IMG/VR virus record: IMGVR_UViG_3300021364_000009
Span: 32,572 to 96,571 of that record
Length of the DNA: 64,000 bases
Origin: a virus
Reading direction: 5' to 3' (one strand)
The notes beneath the pieces were generated by a model, which did not search any database, had not been told where the DNA came from, and saw only the letters and a list, made by a program, of their open reading frames with translations. Within the stretch, counting starts at the first letter, position 1. The number at the start of each line of letters is the position of its first letter. Positions 9,064-17,656 of the stretch are shown here, in pieces. The translations under genes and the position numbers were made by a program.

Positions 9064-10236
9064 TTAGACTCCAAAAAAGTTTTCTAATTTAAACTTAGGT
9101 TCGGGGGCTTCACCTTTACTCCATATCCAAATAGGTTCACAGAAAGTTCCGATTAAACCAATACCATTCCTCTTGTTGAGCTTGTAGCCAACTACACCCT
9201 CATAAGTAGCTCCCAACGACTCCATATGTTTCAACATAGGAGTACATATATCTTCACCTTTTTTATCTGCTATATTGATCGCTATTCGACCCCCTTCAAC
9301 GAGACAACCCCAAGACTTACTAAGCATGGGAAATAGAAAGCCCTCTAACCATTTATCTGTAGTAGGATAACGCTTCCAACTCTGAGTGTCTTCTTCACTA
9401 TATCTCTCTATGTCAAAGTAAGGTGGGGAAGTGAATACAAAGTCCACTTCAACCCCTGTAAGATCAGCATCTTCAGCGGGAGAGCAGATAAACTTAGTCT
9501 CTTTACCTGTATTACAGAAATTGCTGATCTCTTCGTAGGGTTGGTGTAGCTCAGAGTTAGGGTCTATCCCTATGTAGCTGATCGCATTAGAAGCGTGGAA
9601 GCCTACAAGTCGATCTCCCCAACCTGCTGAAGTATCTAACACTCTTTTCGCACCAAAGAAATCGTAGATAGTCTTAGCACATGAGGGCTTGAACTGACTC
9701 GCCATGTAGGTGTGCATTTTTAATGCTCGATAAAGAGTGCTTTGGTCTATGCCTTTAGAGGCTAACTCGCTCTTGAGTATGCCGAACAAACACCTTAGAA
9801 ATGAATTTTTTTTGTCGCAGTTCTCCCATTCAAATACAGGAGCTTTCCCTGAGTGGTAGCCACATTTCATACGCATAATCTGAGAGTGTTGGTTAGACAC
9901 TTTCAGACCATAATTACCACAGGTGAACACTACAGGCTCACCTCTATAGAGTAAGGGTGTTTCTTTACTTTGTCGGGGGGCTAACCATGACTCTTTTGCG
10001 TAGCTTATTTCTTCTGCCTTTAGTTTTGCCCAGTCAGACTTAACCTCTTGTTCTGTGTATTCTCTAACAGGGAAAGGCAAGCCTTTGATTGCTTCGGCTA
10101 GTTGAGGCTTTATTTCTTGTTTCGAGTAATGGTCTAGCATAGCCAACCATTGGCTAGGGGGGATTACTAGCTTGTCTCCTATTATTTTTATGTACTCTTG
10201 GAGAGGTTTCTTTTCAGTGGTGTAATCAAATAACAT
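9064..10236 (-). CDS. DNA amino-methyltransferase (m4C/m6A), array copy 3
   Basis: DTSAGWGDRL and FTSPPYF. Confidence 0.9.
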   Translation of the reverse strand: MLFDYTTEKKPLQEYIKIIGDKLVIPPSQWLAMLDHYSKQEIKPQLAEAIKGLPFPVREYTEQEVKSDWAKLKAEEISYAKESWLAPRQSKETPLLYRGEPVVFTCGNYGLKVSNQHSQIMRMKCGYHSGKAPVFEWENCDKKNSFLRCLFGILKSELASKGIDQSTLYRALKMHTYMASQFKPSCAKTIYDFFGAKRVLDTSAGWGDRLVGFHASNAISYIGIDPNSELHQPYEEISNFCNTGKETKFICSPAEDADLTGVEVDFVFTSPPYFDIERYSEEDTQSWKRYPTTDKWLEGFLFPMLSKSWGCLVEGGRIAINIADKKGEDICTPMLKHMESLGATYEGVVGYKLNKRNGIGLIGTFCEPIWIWSKGEAPEPKFKLENFFGV

Positions 10237-10311
10237 CTCTTAAACTCCAAAAAAGTTTTCTAATTTAAACTTAGGTTCGGGGGCTTCACCTTTACTCCAT
10301 ATCCAAATAGG
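9068..10311. repeat. 68-bp exact direct repeat (9068..9135 = 10244..10311) at the 3' ends of MTase copies 3 and 4
   Basis: actccaaaaaagttttctaatttaaacttaggttcgggggcttcacctttactccatatccaaatagg at both positions. Confidence 0.95.
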
Positions 10312-11436
10312 CTCACAAAACATAAGACTTGTGTCTCCCATGTTTTTTCCTGGTCTCGCACCCATCTCATATCCGATAACACCTTCATATGTAGCCCCTA
10401 GTGTTTCCATGTGTTTTAACATAGGCTCACATATTTCTTCTCTCTGACCCTGTGTATATGCGTCTGCAATGTTGACACAAATACGCCCACCTTCAGATAA
10501 ATGATTCCAACATTTCGTTAGAGTTGGAAATAAGAAACCCTCTAACCATTTTTCCATTTTGGGGTATCGCTTCCAACTTTGTGTCTCTTCTTTAGAATAT
10601 CTCTCCAAAGTGAAATAAGGTGGAGAGGTAAATACAAAGTCGAATACTCTATCTTCTAAATCAACGTCTTCTGCGGGAGAACAGATAAACTCTGTTTTCT
10701 TTCCTGTGTCACAGAATTCAGAAATAGCTTCATATTTTGGATGGAGTTTTGAGTTAGGATCAACACCCACATAGCTCTCTGCATTTGAGGCGTGGAAACC
10801 AACAAGGCGATCACCCCAACCTGCTGAGAAATCGAGCACATTTTTAGCGTCAAAGAAATCGTAGATTACTTTTGCAGACTGAGGTTTGAACTGAGAAGCG
10901 ATGTAGCTTCTCATAGCTAAAGCACTCTTCAATGCTTTTGGTGTGACATCCTTATTGAACATCACAGGATTAAGTAAGAATTTGAGGAAAGACTTCTTTT
11001 CACTTGTCCATGCAGACCACGGTGAGCGAAACCTCTCATGCCCTACTTCCATTCTCTCTTCTTGTGTGAAAAAATCAGAAACAGAAGCCCCTATTCTCAG
11101 AGCTTGTGGCACATATAAAGATAGCTCTTTATACTGAGTAGGTATTTCTTCAGAGATACGCTTGCACGACCAACTTCCTTCTTGGACAGAGGCGTCTTTG
11201 CTTTGAAGTAAACTAAACTCGTTTCTTATTTCTTCAAGGTTATATTCTCGGTATGGGAATTTGATTTTCCCTTCATCAATTAAAACGATCATTCTTTTCA
11301 TTATTTCTTCGTTGCTGTACGAAGAAATAATGTTTTGCCACAGACCTCTAGGTATGAATATTTTTTGGTCTATGCCAAATATTTCATTTTCATCTAAGAG
11401 GTTTGGTTTTTTTATTTCTAAGTCTTCAAATAGCAT
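10240..11436 (-). CDS. DNA amino-methyltransferase (m4C/m6A), array copy 4
   Basis: DFSAGWGDRL and FTSPPYF. Confidence 0.9.
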   Translation of the reverse strand: MLFEDLEIKKPNLLDENEIFGIDQKIFIPRGLWQNIISSYSNEEIMKRMIVLIDEGKIKFPYREYNLEEIRNEFSLLQSKDASVQEGSWSCKRISEEIPTQYKELSLYVPQALRIGASVSDFFTQEERMEVGHERFRSPWSAWTSEKKSFLKFLLNPVMFNKDVTPKALKSALAMRSYIASQFKPQSAKVIYDFFDAKNVLDFSAGWGDRLVGFHASNAESYVGVDPNSKLHPKYEAISEFCDTGKKTEFICSPAEDVDLEDRVFDFVFTSPPYFTLERYSKEETQSWKRYPKMEKWLEGFLFPTLTKCWNHLSEGGRICVNIADAYTQGQREEICEPMLKHMETLGATYEGVIGYEMGARPGKNMGDTSLMFCEPIWIWSKGEAPEPKFKLENFFGV

Positions 11437-12951
11437 TTATCCGTCCAAAACATCAGCTAATGGGTCTTTTTTCTGCTCTCCCTTTTTCCCTTGATATGTG
11501 GGGATAGAGTGCATGGGGATATTGAGGATTCTACCAGAAGGCCAAGCAGGTTTAGCTTCAAAAGGCTCAAACCCTCCACCCTGTCTGACTTTCAGACATT
11601 GATATTTGATCGCTCCTTTTTCTCTCATGTCATCTCCGTACCAACAGGAAATAACAACGTCAGAAGAACGCTCTGCTTCGTTAGCATAAGAGAGGTGTGT
11701 AAGATTGTAAGAGCCTCCATTTTTCTCAGCGGCTCTAAATCCTTCACGGGAAATCTGAAATAAACAGAGAAGAGGGATGCCTTCACCTCTGTTAAAGGAG
11801 AGAGCTAGTTTCTTTAAGTCTCGTATGACCTCATTTAGTCTCTCTGTAGTACTAGCCACCCATCTTCTTGATGAAACTAAGAGAGCGTGATCTACAACCA
11901 AGACTTTTGCAGGTCTTCTTTGATGTAACACTTCAGCCTTAGTCTTAATATCTTCGACTGTAATGTCCATCGCATCGGGGTCTGCTATTTCAAATTGAAT
12001 AGACCCATACTCTCCACTCTCTACACCTTCTCTTAAGTCCTTAACGACATCCTTCAGCAAGTCGATTTCGTCTTCTGTGAGTGTGCCATTCTTAATAGAG
12101 TCAGGGTCAATCCCCACGTCAGGTGTTTGTTGTTTTTGGATACCTAACGCTATTCTCTTATCTCTAAACTTCTTGTGCATAGAGTGGAAAGCATAAATAG
12201 TCTCTCTGCACTGCTCATAGTGCATTTCTAGCTGAAAATAAATGCTGTTTAGACCTTGATAGACAGCTTGGTTGTATATCCAATTCATCGTAGTCTTGGA
12301 TTTCATGTGTGCGGTAAACCCTGCCACCATATAAAGCTCTTTTTTACGGAACCCTCCGATAGCATCGTCTATGCACTTCAGACCTGTCTTAGGGAGTACG
12401 CCAACATCTGTATCTACAGTTTTCTGATAATGCTCCCAAAAAGCGTCTTCGTCGTTGAGTACATCCCCACCTAACTTCGCCCCAAAGGTTGGGGTGAGTA
12501 GATCAGAAAGCTCTTTAGAGAGGAACTTTGTAGCATCTCTGACTCCTTTCAGAGTAAAAGTGTTCCGCCCTTCTTTTATTTCTAGTCCTTGTCTTGCAAT
12601 CGTTTTAGCAGAAGATATTGCCTCTGCTAATGCCATGTGTCGTGCGTCCTCTACACTCTTTTCAATCTCAAGAATAAAGTCGCCACGATATATGACAGGA
12701 GTGCTAGAAATCTGTCGGATGCGATCTGCTTCATCAAAGTCATTGTTAGAGTCAAAATATTGTATGACAACATCTTGCTCAGGCAGATGTCCGTGAGTAG
12801 ACGCAAAAGTCTTAATAAAGTCATAGATTTTTACGTCAGTGGGTTGGTCGAATTGAAAAATACTCTCTCGAAGAGAAATATAATTCTGAAACATCAAGTC
12901 GTCTTTGTCGCCAACTCTAGTGTCGGGGAGTATTGCTCTTAATATCTTCAT
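11437..12951 (-). CDS. dnaB: DnaB-like replicative helicase (SF4)
   Basis: TGL..ID..IGGF, Walker A variant GFTAHMKS, FQLEM, VVDH, LFQISRE, ERSSDVVI, KVRQG. Confidence 0.85.
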   Translation of the reverse strand: MKILRAILPDTRVGDKDDLMFQNYISLRESIFQFDQPTDVKIYDFIKTFASTHGHLPEQDVVIQYFDSNNDFDEADRIRQISSTPVIYRGDFILEIEKSVEDARHMALAEAISSAKTIARQGLEIKEGRNTFTLKGVRDATKFLSKELSDLLTPTFGAKLGGDVLNDEDAFWEHYQKTVDTDVGVLPKTGLKCIDDAIGGFRKKELYMVAGFTAHMKSKTTMNWIYNQAVYQGLNSIYFQLEMHYEQCRETIYAFHSMHKKFRDKRIALGIQKQQTPDVGIDPDSIKNGTLTEDEIDLLKDVVKDLREGVESGEYGSIQFEIADPDAMDITVEDIKTKAEVLHQRRPAKVLVVDHALLVSSRRWVASTTERLNEVIRDLKKLALSFNRGEGIPLLCLFQISREGFRAAEKNGGSYNLTHLSYANEAERSSDVVISCWYGDDMREKGAIKYQCLKVRQGGGFEPFEAKPAWPSGRILNIPMHSIPTYQGKKGEQKKDPLADVLDG

Positions 12952-13619
12952 AGCTTCATACTCCTACGTTTTGGTTGTGTGCTAGTTTCAGTCTTTCTTC
13001 CCATGAGATTTATTCTTTCCCAACCTTCAATAGACTCGTCTACTGCTCTCGACCAAGAAATATGTCCTTCTTGTAAAGGGCGGTTTGGCTCTTCTACAAT
13101 CCATGTAGGTTTAGAGAGATGCTCTCTAAGTTCTATTGTCTCTACGAGTACTTCAGGCATGGCACTATTTCTTGCCATTTTGACTCCAAGTCTCACGATT
13201 AAGAGTGAGGGAGACTCTGCTAAGTCTTCAAGAGATTGGACACGAATGTTTCTTTGGAAATCGGGGTCTATTATTTCTGACTGAGCTAGTTGAAGATTAC
13301 TGAGCCAAGCACTCATGAGCGTTGCATCTGAAACTACTTTAACAAACTCTTCGGGCTTTTTTCGGTGTGCAAGAGCACTCCTCAGATTGAGCATCAATGA
13401 GCTTTTGTCACCAACAATGACAACATTGTCCTCCATCTTTCCTTTTAAAGAAGATGCTTTTGTTAGCCTAGTATCCGTTAAGCCTTTCCAAGCTCTCTCC
13501 GCTTGGATATTTAAGGCTTTTTTTACAGCACAACTACAGGGTATTGCGTATGGCATACCCATGTAGCCATCGTCTTTTTGGAGATACCCTGCACCTCCAC
13601 ATTTTTTACACATAGACAT
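12948..13619 (-). CDS. DnaC/DnaI-like helicase-loader homolog, degenerate ATPase
   Basis: N-terminal CxxCxGxGY...CxC Zn motif, C-terminal IELR....KPTWIV, adjacent to DnaB; GGAGG SD before ATG 13619; no Walker A visible. Confidence 0.55.
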   Translation of the reverse strand: MSMCKKCGGAGYLQKDDGYMGMPYAIPCSCAVKKALNIQAERAWKGLTDTRLTKASSLKGKMEDNVVIVGDKSSLMLNLRSALAHRKKPEEFVKVVSDATLMSAWLSNLQLAQSEIIDPDFQRNIRVQSLEDLAESPSLLIVRLGVKMARNSAMPEVLVETIELREHLSKPTWIVEEPNRPLQEGHISWSRAVDESIEGWERINLMGRKTETSTQPKRRSMKL

Positions 13620-15201
13620 TACGAGCGTCCTCCAATAGTCCGTCAAATAGTTCAGCAACTTCGCTTGTACCGACTTCTACTATATCGGAATCTTCGTCGT
13701 TTTTGAGTCTCTTGCCTAAAACACTCTCAATTAAGTTCATCTTATTTCTCAGAGTTTTCATTACTCTATCGTCAATCGTTTTAGGGGCTACCATATGGTA
13801 GGCAAACACCTTGTCGTGAATACTACCGATGCGGATCATCCTACCTACAATTTGAAGATAATCTCCCGCTGACCAAGGCGTGTCATAGAAGATAACCGCT
13901 TTAGCTAGTTGAAGATTGACGCCTTCAGCCGCCGCCATTGTAATAAGACAGACTTTAACTTCAGACTTTTCGTCTTGGAAAGATTTCTGAGAGGCAAGTC
14001 TTTCTTCACCGCTCTCGGCTCCTGTGATACGGCAAGTCTTGATCCCCTTGCCTTCTATTTCTGCTTCTAAAATATCGACCATCGCTCTAAAGCGAGAGAA
14101 AATAATTACTTTCTCACCCTCCAAGTCTGTAGAAATAGTCTCAATCAGAGCTTCGAGTTTCCCACTGTCTCCATCAAAGTCGAGTAAAGCAGGGTGATTT
14201 ACGATTTGTTGGCAGATCGTCACCGCTGTCAGCTTTGTCACTTCACGCTCAACTAACTCGCCAGTTTCGGGGTCTATACACTCTAAGAATCCTTCCAAGG
14301 CTTCTTTGTATTTAGTCTTTTGAGGCTTGGTTAAGTCACACTTGATTACTTTGGTGGTCAAAGGGGGTAGTTCTTTCGCTACTTCATGTTTAGGTCGCCC
14401 TAAGAAATAGGGGTCTATTATCTTTCTAAACTCCTCTATGTCTGATTTCCTATGTCCCACCACTACGGGGATTCTACGCCTACCTCCCGGAAGGATTTGA
14501 TCTCTTGTAATACAGAAATGTCGCATAAATGCGTTCTTTGTAGTGAACAGGCCGGGGACTGTGACTTTATATATTGCCCACGCTTCCATGAGCCTGTTCT
14601 TAATGATCGTGGCGGAAAGACTCCAAACTCGCTCTGCTGAACCTGCGAGATGCTTACAGACCTGATGGACTTGAGACTTATCATTCTTAAAGGCAGTAGC
14701 CTCGTCAAAGACCATTACATGACCTGTAATATTTCTGAGGGTATCAAAGTCCATACACGCAGTCCTGTACCCCATGACAATCGCTTTAGGTCCTGCGTTG
14801 TAACTTTGAAATTCTGCGTGTATTTTTTCTCTCTTCTTTTTTGTCCCTAAACACTTGAATATCTTCACTCCATTAGTGAAGCGATCAAACTCTGCTTCCC
14901 ACTGACCTACCGCAGACTTAGTAGTAAGAATGATCGCAGGAACATCGGGACGCTTATCCCAAAGATAAGAGAGAGTTGCTATTACTTGGAGCGTTTTTCC
15001 AAGTCCCGTGTCGTCACCTAGAACAAAACGAGGCATCGCTAATAAATGGAGAACCCCCTGAACTTGATATTGTCTCAGAGTTAGCGGAACACCTTGTTTT
15101 ATTTCTGACTTGAGTATCTTACTTGGAGGAGCTTTAAGGTCGCTTTTAGTCCTTACTTTCCTCAGTTTTTCAATCGTTTTGATCAGTTTTTCTTCATTCA
15201 T
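13606..15201 (-). CDS. SNF2-family (SF2) helicase/translocase
   Basis: LRQYQ, LGDDTGLGKT, FDEAT, LSAT, EKVIIFSRF, EGVNLQ, QIVGRMIRIG. Confidence 0.92.
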   Translation of the reverse strand: MNEEKLIKTIEKLRKVRTKSDLKAPPSKILKSEIKQGVPLTLRQYQVQGVLHLLAMPRFVLGDDTGLGKTLQVIATLSYLWDKRPDVPAIILTTKSAVGQWEAEFDRFTNGVKIFKCLGTKKKREKIHAEFQSYNAGPKAIVMGYRTACMDFDTLRNITGHVMVFDEATAFKNDKSQVHQVCKHLAGSAERVWSLSATIIKNRLMEAWAIYKVTVPGLFTTKNAFMRHFCITRDQILPGGRRRIPVVVGHRKSDIEEFRKIIDPYFLGRPKHEVAKELPPLTTKVIKCDLTKPQKTKYKEALEGFLECIDPETGELVEREVTKLTAVTICQQIVNHPALLDFDGDSGKLEALIETISTDLEGEKVIIFSRFRAMVDILEAEIEGKGIKTCRITGAESGEERLASQKSFQDEKSEVKVCLITMAAAEGVNLQLAKAVIFYDTPWSAGDYLQIVGRMIRIGSIHDKVFAYHMVAPKTIDDRVMKTLRNKMNLIESVLGKRLKNDEDSDIVEVGTSEVAELFDGLLEDARNVYV

Positions 15202-15232
15202 ATGTCCTCCATTTCAGCATAGAGGACATATA
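15199..15232 (-). promoter_or_regulatory. RNA hairpin sequestering the SD and AUG of the SNF2 gene
   Basis: Perfect 10-bp inverted repeat 15200..15209/15222..15231, extendable to 14 bp with two G-U pairs on the minus-strand RNA; the 3' arm contains GGAGG and the start codon. Confidence 0.7.
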
Positions 15233-15237
15233 TAATA

Positions 15238-15711
15238 TTAAGGGAGGTTTTTGATGAAGATTTTGATCAGTTTCCTATAGGGTATACCGTTGGTGAGCTT
15301 TAGGTACTTGTGCTTTAAGAGATCGAAAGCCACGTTATCTAGTTCATTCTTGTCTTTTGTCTGCATATATAACTTTGCAGAAATAACGGGACTCCAATGA
15401 AGATAGACCCAGAGGGCCGCTCTTTTGTGGAGCCTGTTTATTTCTAGCTTTTGCTCTGTAGTTAATGTGCTCTCTAAGTCTCTTGAGTAAGATTTATCTT
15501 TGCTTTGATTGTGGTAGATAGTCCCAAGATGAAAAAACTCACTGCTAATTCTTAGGAGCCTTGAGGAGATGCCATAGCCATTCTTCCACCTTCGGATAGC
15601 GATTATCCTGACTAAAGGGTCTTTAGTGTCCGAAAGAGTGTTGAGTATTTCTAAGATAGCTAAATTACAAGAATGCTCTAGCAGTTTCACAATTTTTCTT
15701 GTGTTGCTCAT
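15238..15711 (-). CDS. hypothetical protein
   Basis: AAGGA SD, 157 aa, heads the minus-strand replication cluster. Confidence 0.7.
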   Translation of the reverse strand: MSNTRKIVKLLEHSCNLAILEILNTLSDTKDPLVRIIAIRRWKNGYGISSRLLRISSEFFHLGTIYHNQSKDKSYSRDLESTLTTEQKLEINRLHKRAALWVYLHWSPVISAKLYMQTKDKNELDNVAFDLLKHKYLKLTNGIPYRKLIKIFIKNLP

Positions 15712-15722
15712 AGTTTATTTAT
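15710..15722 (+). promoter_or_regulatory. putative late promoter motif
   Basis: ATAGTTTATTTAT upstream of 15789. Confidence 0.55.
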
Positions 15723-15788
15723 CCTTTTTCTATTCTTAGTCCGTTACCTGCTACCTAGTACAACTATAAACTTACTATTGGAGTCCTT

Positions 15789-16163
15789 ATGTTTAGAGAC
15801 GTAAAACCTATCTTTGTAGAGAATTCAAAAGTCCCTGTCTTTCTCAGTCGGTTTGCACCGATAGAAATAAATGCGATCACTCTTTTCTTTCTCGTTTTCT
15901 CAAAGGGAGAAATATCTGAAGAAACAAGAAGACATGAGACGATCCATTTTCAGCAGTACTTAGAGACTTTTGTGGTGGGCTTCTTGTTGATTTATATTTT
16001 TGAATATCTTTACTCTGCACTTATCAAGAAGAAAGGTTTTAGTCGAGACTCATACCTAGCCATAAGATTTGAGCAAGAAGCGTGGACTCAAGATAAAGAT
16101 GTAGACTACTTAAAAACACGGAAGCGTTTTTCTTGGTTGAATTACCCTCTCGGTGGAGAATAA
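15789..16163 (+). CDS. small HExxH zincin-like protein with TM segment
   Basis: RHETIHFQQY plus downstream FEQEA; GGAG SD. Confidence 0.65.
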   Translation: MFRDVKPIFVENSKVPVFLSRFAPIEINAITLFFLVFSKGEISEETRRHETIHFQQYLETFVVGFLLIYIFEYLYSALIKKKGFSRDSYLAIRFEQEAWTQDKDVDYLKTRKRFSWLNYPLGGE

Positions 16164-16166
16164 TCT

Positions 16167-16289
16167 TTGAGTAGATATTATATCTTCCTGAAAGCTTCTG
16201 AGTCTTCAGACTTTACCTCCTTTTACTTGTTGGGCGTTTTGGTCTTAGTCATGGTGGCTCTAATTCTTTTAAATTTAAGAACAAAGTAA
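16167..16289 (+). CDS. 40-aa single-pass membrane protein (not in the ORF track)
   Basis: GGAG at 16155..16158, TTG start; MSRYYIFLKASESSDFTSFYLLGVLVLVMVALILLNLRTK; fills the gap between neighbours. Confidence 0.55.
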   Translation: MSRYYIFLKASESSDFTSFYLLGVLVLVMVALILLNLRTK

Positions 16290-16309
16290 GTATTCTTCTT
16301 ACCCCTTTA

Positions 16310-16660
16310 CTAAGCTAAGAAATATTTTAGAGAGCGGTAGTCCTTTGGGTGTATTTCTAAGTCAAAAACTTCAGAAATACTAACCCAAGCCCAATCTATA
16401 CTCTCTTCATTTATTTCAGGCGTAAACGGCTCTTCTAAAATCCCATAGAAGAGTGTGTATGTTTTAGTGTTGTGGTGGTCTACTATTTTCAGAGTTTCGG
16501 GCACGTTGACTATTTCTTCGTTCATCTCTCTTATGGCAGTTTGGAATCTGCTCTCTCCCTTTTCTGTAGAACCTCCAGCACAGTTCCACATATGGTCTTT
16601 AGATCGCTTTAGAAGAAGAACTCTATTTTTACATGTGATCATGACACCAGCACCCATCAT
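16310..16660 (-). CDS. Nudix hydrolase
   Basis: Nudix box GGSTEKGESRFQTAIREMNEE; AAGGAG SD. Confidence 0.9.
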   Translation of the reverse strand: MMGAGVMITCKNRVLLLKRSKDHMWNCAGGSTEKGESRFQTAIREMNEEIVNVPETLKIVDHHNTKTYTLFYGILEEPFTPEINEESIDWAWVSISEVFDLEIHPKDYRSLKYFLA

Positions 16661-16663
16661 CTT

Positions 16664-16676
16664 ATACTCCTTTTAT
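16664..16676 (+). promoter_or_regulatory. putative late promoter motif
   Basis: ATACTCCTTTTAT upstream of 16762 (overlaps the SD of the divergent Nudix gene). Confidence 0.45.
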
Positions 16677-16761
16677 AGTTTATTGGGATAGAAACCCACA
16701 CAGATCAAAGGCATAAAAAATGTACGACAAAAAAGCAGATAACTTTTCGGGGAGAAATAAA

Positions 16762-17610
16762 ATGTTAGAGAATACATCTACTGAACTACTTAGAGATTTA
16801 GAAATAAGGGTCGCATCTTTAGAGAGAGAAGCCTTGTTTGGGTTCAACCTTAAAGATATGGGAGTTGGTATTGTCAAAGAAAAAATTACTGAGTTCCTAA
16901 GTAAGATTCCTTACTTCAGAGAAATCGAGAGATTCTTTAAGCAGATTTTCAAAGGCATCCGTGATTTTGGAGACGCTAAGAAGAGAGCTAAAGAGGTTTT
17001 AGATTTTGGCAAAAGAAATAAAGAAGCTAAGAAATATCTCGACTTGGTATATAAAGAAGAGTCTTCTCTAAAAGGTCGGCTAAAACTTATTCTTTCTCAT
17101 ATAAAAGACTCGGAAGCACGTTCTAGTTTTATGCGTTCTGCAGCAGATACACTAGGACAAATGTTTGGCTATATGCTCTTAGCTTGGGCAATCCTAGAGA
17201 TTCTTAGCAGTATTTGCGTCAAGTTGGGGATTGTGAATTATGTTCTAGGTTTCTTAGGTGCAGGTGCGATTATTTTTGTAGTCGCATTTATACTTCTTTT
17301 CATGGTCGATTGGAGAGGGGCTGAAAAAGAGATTTCAGAAATTGACGCTGAAAGAAAAAAGAGAGAAATCCCAGAGGGCTATGAAGACCTTTTTGATGAA
17401 TACGGTGATCTACTCCCCGGAATGACCTCCGAACTCCACAGAAGACAAGACGAAGATAGAATCAAAAGAGAGAGAAATAACCCTTTCTTTAGATCGGCAA
17501 CGAGTCAAACAGCTAATCTTAAAAAGAGGGCTAGTTTTATACTCGATTATTGTCTTTCCGAGGAGCAAAAGAGAGCGAACCGTGTAGCCTCAAGATACCT
17601 TCTATCTTAA
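16762..17610 (+). CDS. hypothetical protein with two TM helices, putative virion/ejected protein
   Basis: GGGGAG SD before ATG 16762; central hydrophobic hairpin; RVASLE near the N-terminus and RVASRY at the C-terminus. Confidence 0.7.
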   Translation: MLENTSTELLRDLEIRVASLEREALFGFNLKDMGVGIVKEKITEFLSKIPYFREIERFFKQIFKGIRDFGDAKKRAKEVLDFGKRNKEAKKYLDLVYKEESSLKGRLKLILSHIKDSEARSSFMRSAADTLGQMFGYMLLAWAILEILSSICVKLGIVNYVLGFLGAGAIIFVVAFILLFMVDWRGAEKEISEIDAERKKREIPEGYEDLFDEYGDLLPGMTSELHRRQDEDRIKRERNNPFFRSATSQTANLKKRASFILDYCLSEEQKRANRVASRYLLS

Positions 17611-17656
17611 TTTTAACGCATCTATCGGTCTTTAATCTACTAGGAGAGATATTATT

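Noticed and set aside
6653-11436. Eukaryotic giant virus origin, suggested by the SAGWGDRL MTases and TopIB
   Set aside because: Strong SD sequences, overlapping operonic genes, DnaB/CHC2 and baseplate genes indicate a bacteriophage
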